The notes under the pieces: model-generated | Database searches by the model: none | What the model was told of the DNA's origin: nothing | Seen by the model: the letters and a program-made list of their open reading frames with translations, nothing else | DNA from: Acidobacteriota bacterium | GTDB taxonomy: Bacteria; Acidobacteriota; Blastocatellia; UBA7656 | Length of the DNA stretch: 64,000 bases | Assembly: GCA_038040455.1 (NCBI GenBank) | Contig: JBBPIH010000008.1 | Span: 88,006-152,005 of the forward strand | Direction of reading: 5' to 3' | In this document: positions 37,825 through 47,389 of the stretch, in pieces | Position numbering within the stretch: the first letter of the stretch is position 1 | Layout: each line of letters opens with the position of its first letter | Position numbers and translations under genes: made by a program

Positions 37825-40167
37825 CTACTCCACCACGCAGTCTTCCGGAGCCTTATCCGGGCGCAATCTTACGAACACCGGCTCACGAAGGTTACCAGTA
37901 CTCACTCGCGATGAGTACTGCACTTCGCATACAAGCTGAGGCTCGAGCCACACAGTCACCGCCTCGTCAATGGGCTTCTCTTTGACCGGTCGCTCTCCGC
38001 GTTTCACTTTCTGAAGCTCGGCGAGTATCGCTTTCGATGTACGCTCGTTGAAGCCTGTGCCGACTTTTCCCACGTACACCAACTGCTTCCCACGATATTG
38101 TCCCAACTGCAACGCCCCAAACGTAGTTTCACGCTCGCCCTTCCCTTTCGTGTAGCCGATGATGACGCAGTCGACAGTGCTGCGAGTCTTTATCTTGAAC
38201 CAATGCGAAGTGCGCTTGCCGGGCATGTAAATGCTGTTGCGCTCCTTCGCAACGATGCCCTCGAGACCGTGCGCTTTCGCGGCCTCGTACAAAGCCGTGC
38301 CTTCATCAATCGTTTCGTTCGGACGATAAGCGGGATTCGGAAGCTTGATGGAATCGACCATCCACGCGCGGCGGCGCACCAACGGTTCGTTGACGATCGG
38401 GCGGCCATCGACATACAGGCAGTCGAACACGTAGCACACCGCCGGATGCTTGGCGCGAGCGCGAGCGACCGAGGCTTCATTGCGATGCTGCAAGCGGTGT
38501 AGCACGTCTTCAAAGACCGGCTGCCCCTTTTCGTTGAGGCAGACGATCTCGACATCGAACAGACCGCAGGCTGCGCGAAACGCCTGATCAGGAATGAGCA
38601 GCTCAGGAAACAGGTTGGTTATGTCACGCTGGGCGCGGCTGCGAATCGTGATCTTGCCTTCATCGAGCGCGACCATCGCGCGAATGCCGTCCCATTTAAC
38701 TTCGTAGAGGAAGTCGGGCGAGTCGAACGGCTTGTCGCGGCTCTGTGTGAGCATCGGCTCGACGGGATCGCGCAACCAGTCGATCTGCGGCGAGACAAGA
38801 CGCTCGCACAGCCAGTCTTTCTCCTTGGTGTGGATCATCCGATACTCGTCGTTCCATTCGCGGCTCTGGAGGCGAAAATAGAAACCGTCTTTCTTCTCCT
38901 TGGTGATCTCATATCGGCCTCGGGCGAAGATCCACATGTCGCCCCCGCCGTACTCGCCTTTCGGAATCGTGCCTTCAAAGTCGAGGTATTTCAGCGGATG
39001 GTCTTCCGTCTGGACGGCCATCCGCTTTATGCCCGGACGCGGTGGGAGCCCTTTGGGAACGGCCCAGCACTTCAATGTGCCGTCACGTTCAAGCCGCACG
39101 TCGTAATGAAGCCGAGTCGCATGGTGACGATGAACGACGAATGCGTTGCCCTCGCCGGCGTACACTTCGGGTCCGGGTTCCGGGGTCTTATCAAACGCTC
39201 TCTTGCGAGCATAATCCGAAAGCGCATCATTGTTCTTGGCAGGTTTCGTTTTCGCTGCTGCCTTGGTCACTTTCGGTTGCTGAGTGTGAAGCTTCGCCGC
39301 GTAGGCGCCTATGGTTTCCCAGGGGTCGCCTTCGTCGAGCAATAGGCCGGCCGCGTTCCGCAAGTTGAACACCGCCGGGTCAACCACCGACTCAAGCCGT
39401 TCCCACGTGAGCGGCATCGACACCGGCGCGTGCGCGCGGCCGCGGACGCTGTAAGGCGACACGATCGTTTGATAGGTGCTGTTGCGGTAGATGTCGATCA
39501 GCACTTTTCCTTTTCGCTGATCCTTCTTTATCAGAAGCGTAGTCGTCCCGCTGTGCTTTTCGATGTACGCCTTTGCAATCACGGTAGCCGCTTCACGCGC
39601 GACTTCAAACGACCACTTTGGCTCGATGGGCGCAACGATGTGTACGCCTTTGCCGCCGGTAGTTTTGACGAAGGTGTGATAGCCGAACTTCTCGATGTGC
39701 TCTTTCAAGTCGAATGCCAACTGGACGATTTGCGTGAACGGATACTTCTCCGGCGGATCAAGATCCCAAACGATGTAGTCGGGCTTGTCGAAGTGAGGCG
39801 AGCGGCAGTGCATCTGATGAAGCTCGATGCAGGAGAGATTCGCCAGCCAAACGAGCGACGCTTCTTCAGATGCGAGGACGTAGTCAACCTTATCTTCTTT
39901 GTCGCCGAGCACGACGTGTTCGAGCCATTCCGGCGCCCACTCGGGACGATTCTTTTGAAAGAAGGTTTGATGATCGATGCCGTCGGGCCAGCGAACCAGG
40001 GTGAGCGGCCGGCCTTTGATGTAGCGCAGAATGGTGGGCGCGATCTTGAGGTAGTATTCGATCAACTCCGCTTTGACTATTTCGTCCGAGGGGAACAGGA
40101 TCTTCCTAAGGTTTGAGAGTTCGATCTTGCGTTTGCCGACTGTGACGATGGTGCTCGTTCGGGCCAT
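37825..40167 (-). CDS. ligD: Multidomain ATP-dependent DNA ligase LigD (polymerase/primase - phosphoesterase - ligase order)
   Basis: N-terminal Pol domain (RWPDGI...TFFQKN). Central 3'-phosphoesterase domain (VHRHHATRLHYDVRLE...WAVPKGLP). C-terminal ligase with adenylation lysine motif EVKWDGIRA. Length 780 aa. Confidence 0.9.
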   Translation of the reverse strand: MARTSTIVTVGKRKIELSNLRKILFPSDEIVKAELIEYYLKIAPTILRYIKGRPLTLVRWPDGIDHQTFFQKNRPEWAPEWLEHVVLGDKEDKVDYVLASEEASLVWLANLSCIELHQMHCRSPHFDKPDYIVWDLDPPEKYPFTQIVQLAFDLKEHIEKFGYHTFVKTTGGKGVHIVAPIEPKWSFEVAREAATVIAKAYIEKHSGTTTLLIKKDQRKGKVLIDIYRNSTYQTIVSPYSVRGRAHAPVSMPLTWERLESVVDPAVFNLRNAAGLLLDEGDPWETIGAYAAKLHTQQPKVTKAAAKTKPAKNNDALSDYARKRAFDKTPEPGPEVYAGEGNAFVVHRHHATRLHYDVRLERDGTLKCWAVPKGLPPRPGIKRMAVQTEDHPLKYLDFEGTIPKGEYGGGDMWIFARGRYEITKEKKDGFYFRLQSREWNDEYRMIHTKEKDWLCERLVSPQIDWLRDPVEPMLTQSRDKPFDSPDFLYEVKWDGIRAMVALDEGKITIRSRAQRDITNLFPELLIPDQAFRAACGLFDVEIVCLNEKGQPVFEDVLHRLQHRNEASVARARAKHPAVCYVFDCLYVDGRPIVNEPLVRRRAWMVDSIKLPNPAYRPNETIDEGTALYEAAKAHGLEGIVAKERNSIYMPGKRTSHWFKIKTRSTVDCVIIGYTKGKGERETTFGALQLGQYRGKQLVYVGKVGTGFNERTSKAILAELQKVKRGERPVKEKPIDEAVTVWLEPQLVCEVQYSSRVSTGNLREPVFVRLRPDKAPEDCVVE

Positions 40168-40179
40168 GGTTTGTGGTCA

Positions 40180-40560
40180 TCGCAACCCCAACGGGTCGCG
40201 GCAATCGCAACCCCAACGGGGTTGCGGCTCAAAGCCCAAGGTTGCTGTACTCAGCTACCTTGGTTGATTGATGGAACCGCACGATTGATACAACCCCAAC
40301 GGGGTTGCGGCGGCTGATCAGCACCGCCATAGACACAGCAACCTTCTGCTCTGCATTGCAAACCCCATTGGGATTGGGAAATCGCGCCGGTCGCTCCCCA
40401 GGGTAGCCGAGTACAGCAACCCGGGACTCTGCGTCGCAACCCCGTTGGGGATGGGAAATCGTGCCGCCCGTTCTCCCAGGGTAGCTGAGTACAGCAACCC
40501 TGGGCTCTGCGCCGCAACCCCGTTGGGGTTGCCCAATCAATCGAAAGTGCGCGGAATTCG
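40180..40560. repeat. Family B palindromic repeat array (GCAACCCCAACGGGGTTGC hairpin with conserved about 90-nt unit)
   Basis: Units cagggtagcYgagtacagcaaccYgggctctgcgYcgcaaccccgttggggWtgggaaatcgYgccg occur twice in tandem (about 40390-40470 and 40470-40550) and once inverted (about 40215-40300). There are additional isolated hairpins at 40186-40240. Confidence 0.55.
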
Positions 40561-40710
40561 AAATGGTTAATTCGCAGCGCAGAATGTTCAAACGCGAGTT
40601 AACTCCTGGGGAGTGGAAATCTCTGGCCACCACGTACTACGAACATTCGATCCCTCCCGGGATCGCCAGGTGGCGGAAGAATATTCCGCGCGAAACACTC
40701 AACATTCTCC

Positions 40711-41181
40711 TCAATCACACCTGATGCGCTTCATCGAAAAGTCGACTCGCTTCACCTTGCCCGATTCCATGCCTTCAAGAGCGGCCAGCAGCGAGCCGTC
40801 GATCGTTCTCTGATAAACGATGCGCTGAGGAAAGTCGTGTTGGGCGTTTTCGAAGATCGCCTGGTTGTCGTTCACCTTGACGAGCTTGAACGAAACCGTC
40901 TTTCCTCCATTCGGTTGAGCGATGTAGAAGATCCCATCGCTCTGCTCGCGAATCTGGAGGAACTCGTAGAACTCTGTCTTACCGTCTTTGATGGTCCGGC
41001 CGACTCCAAGCATCGACTGACCTGCTGGCTTCGTCCATTGTTCTTCCGTTTGAACTTTGTCGCCGCCCTTCCAGCAGCCGGCTATCCATCCGAGCTTCCA
41101 CATCGCAGGGCTGTTCTCCTGCGCCTCGACGCCTGCACATAGTAGGATGAGGATTGAGACGGCCAGCAAATAATTCTTCAT
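40711..41181 (-). CDS. Secreted hypothetical protein (signal peptide; possible lipocalin-like/DUF)
   Basis: Likely start MKNYLLAVSILILLCAGVEAQ (the ORF track extends to 41277). No catalytic motif recognised. Confidence 0.45.
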   Translation of the reverse strand: MKNYLLAVSILILLCAGVEAQENSPAMWKLGWIAGCWKGGDKVQTEEQWTKPAGQSMLGVGRTIKDGKTEFYEFLQIREQSDGIFYIAQPNGGKTVSFKLVKVNDNQAIFENAQHDFPQRIVYQRTIDGSLLAALEGMESGKVKRVDFSMKRIRCD

Positions 41182-41277
41182 CTTGTTCTCCGGTGTAGCG
41201 TAGACTGTCCAGTCTGTGCTTAGCTTCCACCGTGCGTTCTTAATTAGCGGTCGAACGCAGACTGAAGTCTGCGCCAC

Positions 41278-41538
41278 TTATCCTCCGCTCAGCGCCAGCA
41301 ATATCGATACTTCGTCTTCGGCTCGCAACCGGCCGGTGAGATCGCGCACCTGGTCGTGATTGACGAAGATCTTTATGTGCGGGCGAATCGAGCCTTGTTC
41401 GTCGATGATGCGAAAGCGAAAGCCCGGATAGCGCTGGTCGAGTTCCCGAAGAAGTTCGTCAAGAGATGCACCGCTCGCTTCTACTTCGTCCCGTTGACCG
41501 GTGTATGATCTGAGCGCTGATGGGACGTAGACCTTCAC
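41278..41538 (-). CDS. MoaD/ThiS-family ubiquitin-like sulfur-carrier protein (C-terminal GG)
   Basis: About 87 aa, VKVYVPSALRSYTG...VSILLALSGG, with a beta-grasp-like pattern ending in Gly-Gly. The GTG start overlaps the upstream BNR gene's TGA stop as GTGA, indicating translational coupling. Confidence 0.55.
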   Translation of the reverse strand: MKVYVPSALRSYTGQRDEVEASGASLDELLRELDQRYPGFRFRIIDEQGSIRPHIKIFVNHDQVRDLTGRLRAEDEVSILLALSGG

Positions 41539-42734
41539 TTCAAATGCTCCGCCACCTCGACCGCATAGACATGCGGAAGATGTCTCGTCAGGCAATCCCA
41601 CTTTTTGCCCTCGTTAGTGCTGCCCCACACGTCGCCATTGGTTGTGCCGAAGTAGATGCCGACTGGCTCGTGCGAGTCCGCGGTCATCGCCTGACGTTGG
41701 ACCGTCAGCCACGCGTGCTTCCTGGGCAGGCCTTTGTCTAACCGCTTCCACGTCTGTCCGGCGTCGTGTGTCACGTAGGCGGCTGGCTTTCCGTCCGGGC
41801 TCGTGCGAGGCCACACGGTCGTTCCGTCCATCGGAAACACCCACACCGTGTCCGGATCGCGCGGATGAAGCACCATAGGAAAGCCTATGTCGCCAACTTT
41901 CCTTGGCATGTTGTCGCCTATGCGCGACCACACACCTTCGTCTCGTTCCAGGCGATAAATGCCGCAGTGATTCTGCTGATACAACCGATCCGGCATCAGC
42001 GGATGAAGCCTGACACAATGAGGATCGTGGCCGTACTCAGGATCAGGGATTGGCAGGAAGTCAGCGACACAACCTTTGTTCAGCGGCTTCCAGTCGGCGC
42101 CGCGATCCGTGCTTTCAAAAACGCCGCCGCCCGACATGCCTATGTACATATGATTCGGGTCGCGCGGGTCAATCAATATCGAATGCATTTTCGGGCCGTC
42201 CGGTGTTCCGTCTCCCAGGCCTCCTACCCACGCGTCGCGCATCGGATGGTCGTTGAAACCCGAGACGCCTTCCCAGGTGCTCCCGCCATCTTCAGAGCGA
42301 AACAAACCCTGAGGCGACGAGCCCGCCCACCAAACTCCCGACTCGGTCGCGTGTCCAGGCGTGAGCCAGAAAACGTGATCAACGACCCGGCCCTGCTCGC
42401 CTTCGGGCGCTTTAGGGAATGCGGGAGGCGTTTGAGCTTCGGTCCAGGTCTTCCCGAAATCGTTTGAACGAAAGATAGTCGGCCCGAGGTGTCCAGTGCG
42501 GCAACCCATCAGAATTGTCTGGGGGTCGCGCGGGTCCTGGACCATGTGATGAACCATCTGGCCCAGGAAAATGGGCTCAGACAGCTTCCACTTGCCGCGA
42601 TTCTTCCCGCCTCGCAGGATAAAGGCACCTTTGCGAGTTGCGATGAGTAATGCAAGCGGACCTTTATCTGGCTTGGGCTTGTGATTGGTAGGTACAACAG
42701 AAGTGTTATCGTTTGAGCTATCAGGTTTCGACAT
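41535..42734 (-). CDS. BNR/Asp-box repeat protein (sialidase-like / Ycf48-like beta-propeller)
   Basis: Five SxDxGxTW-type BNR motifs: SNDFGKTW, SEDGGSTW, STDRGADW, THDAGQTW and STNEGKKW. Length 399 aa. Confidence 0.7.
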   Translation of the reverse strand: MSKPDSSNDNTSVVPTNHKPKPDKGPLALLIATRKGAFILRGGKNRGKWKLSEPIFLGQMVHHMVQDPRDPQTILMGCRTGHLGPTIFRSNDFGKTWTEAQTPPAFPKAPEGEQGRVVDHVFWLTPGHATESGVWWAGSSPQGLFRSEDGGSTWEGVSGFNDHPMRDAWVGGLGDGTPDGPKMHSILIDPRDPNHMYIGMSGGGVFESTDRGADWKPLNKGCVADFLPIPDPEYGHDPHCVRLHPLMPDRLYQQNHCGIYRLERDEGVWSRIGDNMPRKVGDIGFPMVLHPRDPDTVWVFPMDGTTVWPRTSPDGKPAAYVTHDAGQTWKRLDKGLPRKHAWLTVQRQAMTADSHEPVGIYFGTTNGDVWGSTNEGKKWDCLTRHLPHVYAVEVAEHLK

Positions 42735-42979
42735 AGGGGGCTCCCGTCACCATTCTGGCTTCTTACTCGTATCAAAGACGTTCCACAGCAGGCAAGCTGC
42801 AGCAGGAACTCCAGCCTCTTTCGCGTTGCATTATACATTTTGAACAGCAGGTTTGCATCGTCAGTCAAAGGCTCGTTTTGAATTACCAGCCAGGAATAAA
42901 GTAGGTTGAACAGGTCTATGCTATCGCCACTGATCCTGCTTTGATGCCGCACTATGTCCCTGCGCTAACACGAATCGAG

Positions 42980-43234
42980 CTATCCAATCAGAAGTTTCTT
43001 GCGACTTTGAGCCTTCCTTCTTAGCCCCTCGTAGTCCGGGAAATAGCCAAAGTCCCCAATCCCCACGAGGTCGATGAACGTCTGTACATCATCGTAAGAA
43101 TCACGCTCGAGGATGAACTTTACGAGATATCCGTCTCGCGTCAACTGCCCGTCAAACTGATCCTCCAGAGGCAAGAATGAATCTCCCATCATCGTAAAGA
43201 CGGACCGTTGGGCGAGCATCCGCGGGTTACTCAA
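42980..43234 (-). CDS. Hypothetical protein in a low-GC islet
   Basis: 84-aa ORF with no motifs. The surrounding region 42740-43580 is AT-richer than the genome. Confidence 0.25.
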   Translation of the reverse strand: MSNPRMLAQRSVFTMMGDSFLPLEDQFDGQLTRDGYLVKFILERDSYDDVQTFIDLVGIGDFGYFPDYEGLRRKAQSRKKLLIG

Positions 43235-43412
43235 GAAGGGGAGGACCGCAATTGTAGGAGGATAACCAGTCTGCCGGATACTGCATTAATGATTTCTTTG
43301 ATGAAATCCATAGATAAAGCTATATTGGAAGCTGCCCCGCTGACGCAAGGCGTTTAGGGCCAGGCAACAGGGAGACGAGTGCACTGACTGACCCGCTCGG
43401 TCCGGCTCTTCA

Positions 43413-43822
43413 TTCAACGTAAGAAATCACATGGAGGTCTGGATATTTCAGCCCAACGTGATCGCGATCGTGCGAGAGCAGCGGTATGCGAAAACGAACA
43501 GCGGTAGCAGCAATCCAAAGGTCGCCGGTTTCCAGACGGCGCCCGATTCGCTTACAGTGCGTACCCAGGTGGGCCCAGGCCTTGGCTAGCTCTGGTCGTA
43601 GGGAATGATCAGGAATCCTCGAAGAAATATTGTCAGCCCGTTGCGTTGCTTTGAACCCCAGTTGTTCTCTTCAGCCCAGGACCATAGCTCCGCAACGCTC
43701 TGGAAGCTGAGCGCCAGGATCTGGCCCTCCATATGCGGCTCATATTGGGCGCGAAGCGTGCTCCGCTTCTTTTTCGGATGAAGCAAACTTGCAACCGTCG
43801 TATCGAGCAGTACAGTGCTCAT
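43413..43822 (-). pseudogene. vapC: PIN-domain toxin VapC, frameshifted near 43590
   Basis: The N-terminal piece MSTVLLDTTVASLL... (ORF 43586..43822) stops prematurely. Re-translation of the next frame gives ...KRIGRRLETGDLWIAATAVRFRIPLLSHDRDHVGL, the conserved PIN C-terminal half. Confidence 0.6.
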
Positions 43823-44061
43823 TTAGATTGTTCGCGTTCGACCTGTAGACGTCGTCGCTCAGTTCTCTCTTCCAGGACAAAATTCAAAAGAAGGTCAGGA
43901 TCATCATCGGCGGGCCATAAGTCTGAAAGCCTCTCCAGATCATGAATCGGCGAGACCTCTTGCTGCTCGATCAAGGAACGCAAAACGACCGCCGCATCCT
44001 CTTCCGTTGTATCCTCTTTGTCGATGTTCAGTTTGCCCATGTTACCAACCTCCGTGCGCAC
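43819..44061 (-). CDS. Putative VapB-like antitoxin
   Basis: Small acidic protein immediately upstream of the PIN gene, overlapping it by 4 nt. The likely start is MGKLNIDKED at 44040. Confidence 0.4.
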   Translation of the reverse strand: MRTEVGNMGKLNIDKEDTTEEDAAVVLRSLIEQQEVSPIHDLERLSDLWPADDDPDLLLNFVLEERTERRRLQVEREQSK

Positions 44062-44144
44062 GGACTACTCAGGCCGGCGCGCAAGCCGCCTGCCTTATTG
44101 TTCCAGCGTTCCACTAGTCGTGCAATAGAATCGACTCGTGCATC

Positions 44145-47100
44145 CTATTTGATCCCTTGACTGCCGTCCGCAGCGCCAGGTTTTCCGCCTGTCCGAATCG
44201 GATCGAGCTTGCGATCCACAAGCACTTTGTTCAACTGCGCCAGATCACTCTTGAGCGTCTCATTCAGCTTCGCGTGGAGAGTGTCTAACCGCGCCGACAA
44301 CTCTTTGAATACCACGTATGCCTGAGCGGTCGGCCGTCCATCGCCGGTCTCGATGCTGCGCCGCAACGCCGCGATCTGATTGTTGAGCTTGATCGGAAAG
44401 TTCAACGGGTCCTGATTGCTTTGATTGCGAACTTGATAGACGTCTTCTTCAACCGCGCTGAGCTTCTTCGCCAGCGACTCGCCAGCGTCTGACACGGTCT
44501 GATCTTTTGCTTTTTCCGAGCGATCCTTGATTTGCTTTTTGATCGCGCGGATCAGAATGACTATCTCATTCGCTTCGCTTGTTTTGTCGCGCACCTTCAT
44601 CGCGAGACTGAATTGCTCGGCGAGATCGGCGTCGGTCACGTTGTTAAGACGAGGGTCCCTCTTGATCGCAAACGTTTGAGTCTGAGTCTGACCGTTAGCC
44701 GTCAAGCGAACCTGATAAGTCCCCGGAGGCGGGGGCGGTCCGGCCTCAGCGCGAGCGCTCCACAGGATCATTCCTTCGAACACCGTCGCGCCGGGATAGC
44801 GCAGGTCCCACGTGAAGCGATTCGTTCCGGCTTTTCGCGCGGGCGCGCGAGGCGCGGGCGGACCCCCGAACTCGCCTTCTTCTGGTCTTCGCTTGTCTTC
44901 GTCGGCCGAGCCGGTGAAGGTGCGAATCACCGCCCCCTTACCGTCGAGAATCTCGATGGTGACTTTGTCGGCAGGCTGTTTGAGAGAGTAATCGATCGCT
45001 GCCTGATTCACCGATCTTATCGCCGTTCGCGGTTGGAAGAGATGAACGGCGGCGCTTGCGAACTCCGGCGTGAGCTGTCTCAGCACGCCGATGTCATCGA
45101 GAACGTAAAACGATCTGCCGTGAGTCGCGATCACCAGATCGTTCTCTTCAACCACCAGATCGGGCACTTGCGTGTCAGGCAAGTTCAATGACAGCGATTG
45201 CCAGTTCGCTCCGTCATCGAACGAAACATAGATGCCGTGTTCGGCGCCGGCGTAAAGCAGATCCGGGCGCTTCGGGTCTTCTCGCACTGCGTGAACGTAG
45301 TCGTCGAGACGGATGCCGTTGACGATCTTTTTCCACGTCTTGCCGTAGTCATCGGTCTTGAAAATATACGGCGCGCGGTCATCTAACTGATATCGCTTCG
45401 CAGCGAGATAAGCCGTCCCCGGTTTGTGAGGCGACGCTTCGATCAAGCTGATGCGGCTGAACTCCGGGAGATCTCTTGGCGTTATCTTGTCCCACGTCTT
45501 GCCCCCGTCCCGCGTGATGTGAGCCAGCCCATCATCCGAGCCGGTCCATATCGTGTTCGCTTCCACACGCGATATCGCGATGGTGAAAATTGTGCCGTAG
45601 ATCTCGGGTCCGTTCTGATCTTTGGTGATCGGCCCGCCCGAATCGCCGAGCGTTTTCGGATCAGCGCGAGTGAGATCGGGGCTAATCCGCTCCCAGCTCT
45701 GGCCGTCGTTGGTGGTCTTCCACAGATGCTGCGACGATGTGTAAAGCACGTTCGAATCGTGCGGCGAAAAGACTATCGGGAAGGTCCACTGCCAGCGCTC
45801 CTTCAGTGCGCTTGCGGGCATGCCTGAAAAGAAAAGCGGATAGACTTGGATGTCGCGAAGGTGTCCGGTCGATCGATCGAAGCGAGTCAGCAGAGCGCCC
45901 TGACTTCCCGCATAAAACAAATTCGGGTTCTTCGGATGAGGCGCGATGTAGCCGCTCTCGCCCCCGCCAACCGCGTACATCACGCTTGGGGTTCTTCCGC
46001 GTCCGCCGGCTTCGCTCGATACACACACCGTCGAGTTATCCTGCTGCGCGCCGCAGACGTGATAGGGGAAATCCCTGGTCGTCGCGACTCGATAGAGCTG
46101 CGCCGTGGGATAGTCCTGCCCGGTCCAAGTCTCGCCGCCGTTGATCGACACGTTACCGCCGCCGTCGTTGCTGTTGATCATGCGCTGGGTGTCGTTGGAC
46201 GCGATCCACAAGTCGTGATTGTCTCCGTGCGGCACGCGAATCGTCTTATAGGACTTGCCTCCATCGGTCGATTTGTAAAAGGCGGTGTTGAGCACGTAGA
46301 CCGTGTCGCGCGCTTTCGGATCGGCAAAGATGCGCGAGTAGTAGAACGCGCGTTGTCGCAGGCGTCGATCTTCATTGATCTTCTTCCAGGTCGCCCCCGC
46401 GTCGTCCGAAACGAACACGCCGCCGTCTTCGGCTTCGACAATCGTGTAGACTCGCTTGCCGTCGGCTCCCGAAACGCTTACGCCGATCTTGCCGACGATG
46501 CCACGGGGCAGACCGGCGTTGCGCGTGATCTCGGCCCATGTATCGCCGCCGTCGGTTGATTTGAACAGACCGCTTTCAGGCCCGCCGCTCGACAGACTCC
46601 ACGGCGTGCGATACGCGTCCCAGATGGCGGCGAACATCACCTGCGGATTTTGCGGATCGAAGCAAAGGTCAACAGCGCCCGAATGATTGCTGCGGAACAA
46701 GACCTTCTGCCAGGTCTTACCTCCGTCCTTCGAGCGAAAAACGCCTCGCTCTTCGTTGGGTCCATACGGATGGCCGAGCGCGCAAGCATAGACAAGGTCG
46801 GCGTTGGCGGGATGAACTCGAATGCGGGAGATCGCGTGGGTGTCCGCGAGTCCAACGTGGGTCCACGTCTTGCCCGCGTCGACTGATTTATAGACGCCAT
46901 CGCCTTGCATGATGTTGCCGCGCAGTTGGGTCTCACCCATGCCGATATAGACAACATCAGGATTGGATTCGCTTATCGCGACCGCGCCAATCGAAGAGCT
47001 TTTTATCTGCCCGTCGGTGACCGGCTTCCAGGTAACACCACCATCGCCGGTTTTCCACAAACCGCCGCCAGTCGCGCCGAAGTAGTATTCGAAGGGCCGA

Positions 47101-47330
47101 CTGGTGCTTCCAGCGCAGGCGATCGAACGGCCGCCGCGATTAGGACCGATGCTCCGCCACCGCATCGCGTTGAACAGCGAAGAATCGTAGTTCTTCTTCG
47201 CTGCATCAGTGGCGGATGATTGGGCGCGAGAAATCGTAGCCAAAGATATGAGCGCGAGCGCGACGCTCAACCAAACAAGCGGACCTTTGACGTTGTATCG
47301 CATCGTCGTCCTCCAGATTCGTCTGATCAT
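44145..47330 (-). CDS. Secreted BNR-repeat / sortilin (VPS10)-like glycoside-hydrolase-family protein
   Basis: Signal peptide LVWLSVALALISLATISRAQS. Many Asp-box repeats (TGDGGVTW, SVDAGKTW, SKDGGKTW, STDGGDTW, SDDAGATW, STDGGKSY, SNDGGGNV, TNDGQSW, TRDGGKTW, TDDYGKTW, SFDDGANW). Length 1061 aa. Confidence 0.75.
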   Translation of the reverse strand: MIRRIWRTTMRYNVKGPLVWLSVALALISLATISRAQSSATDAAKKNYDSSLFNAMRWRSIGPNRGGRSIACAGSTSRPFEYYFGATGGGLWKTGDGGVTWKPVTDGQIKSSSIGAVAISESNPDVVYIGMGETQLRGNIMQGDGVYKSVDAGKTWTHVGLADTHAISRIRVHPANADLVYACALGHPYGPNEERGVFRSKDGGKTWQKVLFRSNHSGAVDLCFDPQNPQVMFAAIWDAYRTPWSLSSGGPESGLFKSTDGGDTWAEITRNAGLPRGIVGKIGVSVSGADGKRVYTIVEAEDGGVFVSDDAGATWKKINEDRRLRQRAFYYSRIFADPKARDTVYVLNTAFYKSTDGGKSYKTIRVPHGDNHDLWIASNDTQRMINSNDGGGNVSINGGETWTGQDYPTAQLYRVATTRDFPYHVCGAQQDNSTVCVSSEAGGRGRTPSVMYAVGGGESGYIAPHPKNPNLFYAGSQGALLTRFDRSTGHLRDIQVYPLFFSGMPASALKERWQWTFPIVFSPHDSNVLYTSSQHLWKTTNDGQSWERISPDLTRADPKTLGDSGGPITKDQNGPEIYGTIFTIAISRVEANTIWTGSDDGLAHITRDGGKTWDKITPRDLPEFSRISLIEASPHKPGTAYLAAKRYQLDDRAPYIFKTDDYGKTWKKIVNGIRLDDYVHAVREDPKRPDLLYAGAEHGIYVSFDDGANWQSLSLNLPDTQVPDLVVEENDLVIATHGRSFYVLDDIGVLRQLTPEFASAAVHLFQPRTAIRSVNQAAIDYSLKQPADKVTIEILDGKGAVIRTFTGSADEDKRRPEEGEFGGPPAPRAPARKAGTNRFTWDLRYPGATVFEGMILWSARAEAGPPPPPGTYQVRLTANGQTQTQTFAIKRDPRLNNVTDADLAEQFSLAMKVRDKTSEANEIVILIRAIKKQIKDRSEKAKDQTVSDAGESLAKKLSAVEEDVYQVRNQSNQDPLNFPIKLNNQIAALRRSIETGDGRPTAQAYVVFKELSARLDTLHAKLNETLKSDLAQLNKVLVDRKLDPIRTGGKPGAADGSQGIK

Positions 47331-47389
47331 TCTGATCTCTTAATCGGTCGTGCTCCCTGGCAGGCTGCTGAAAACGTCGATAACACACA

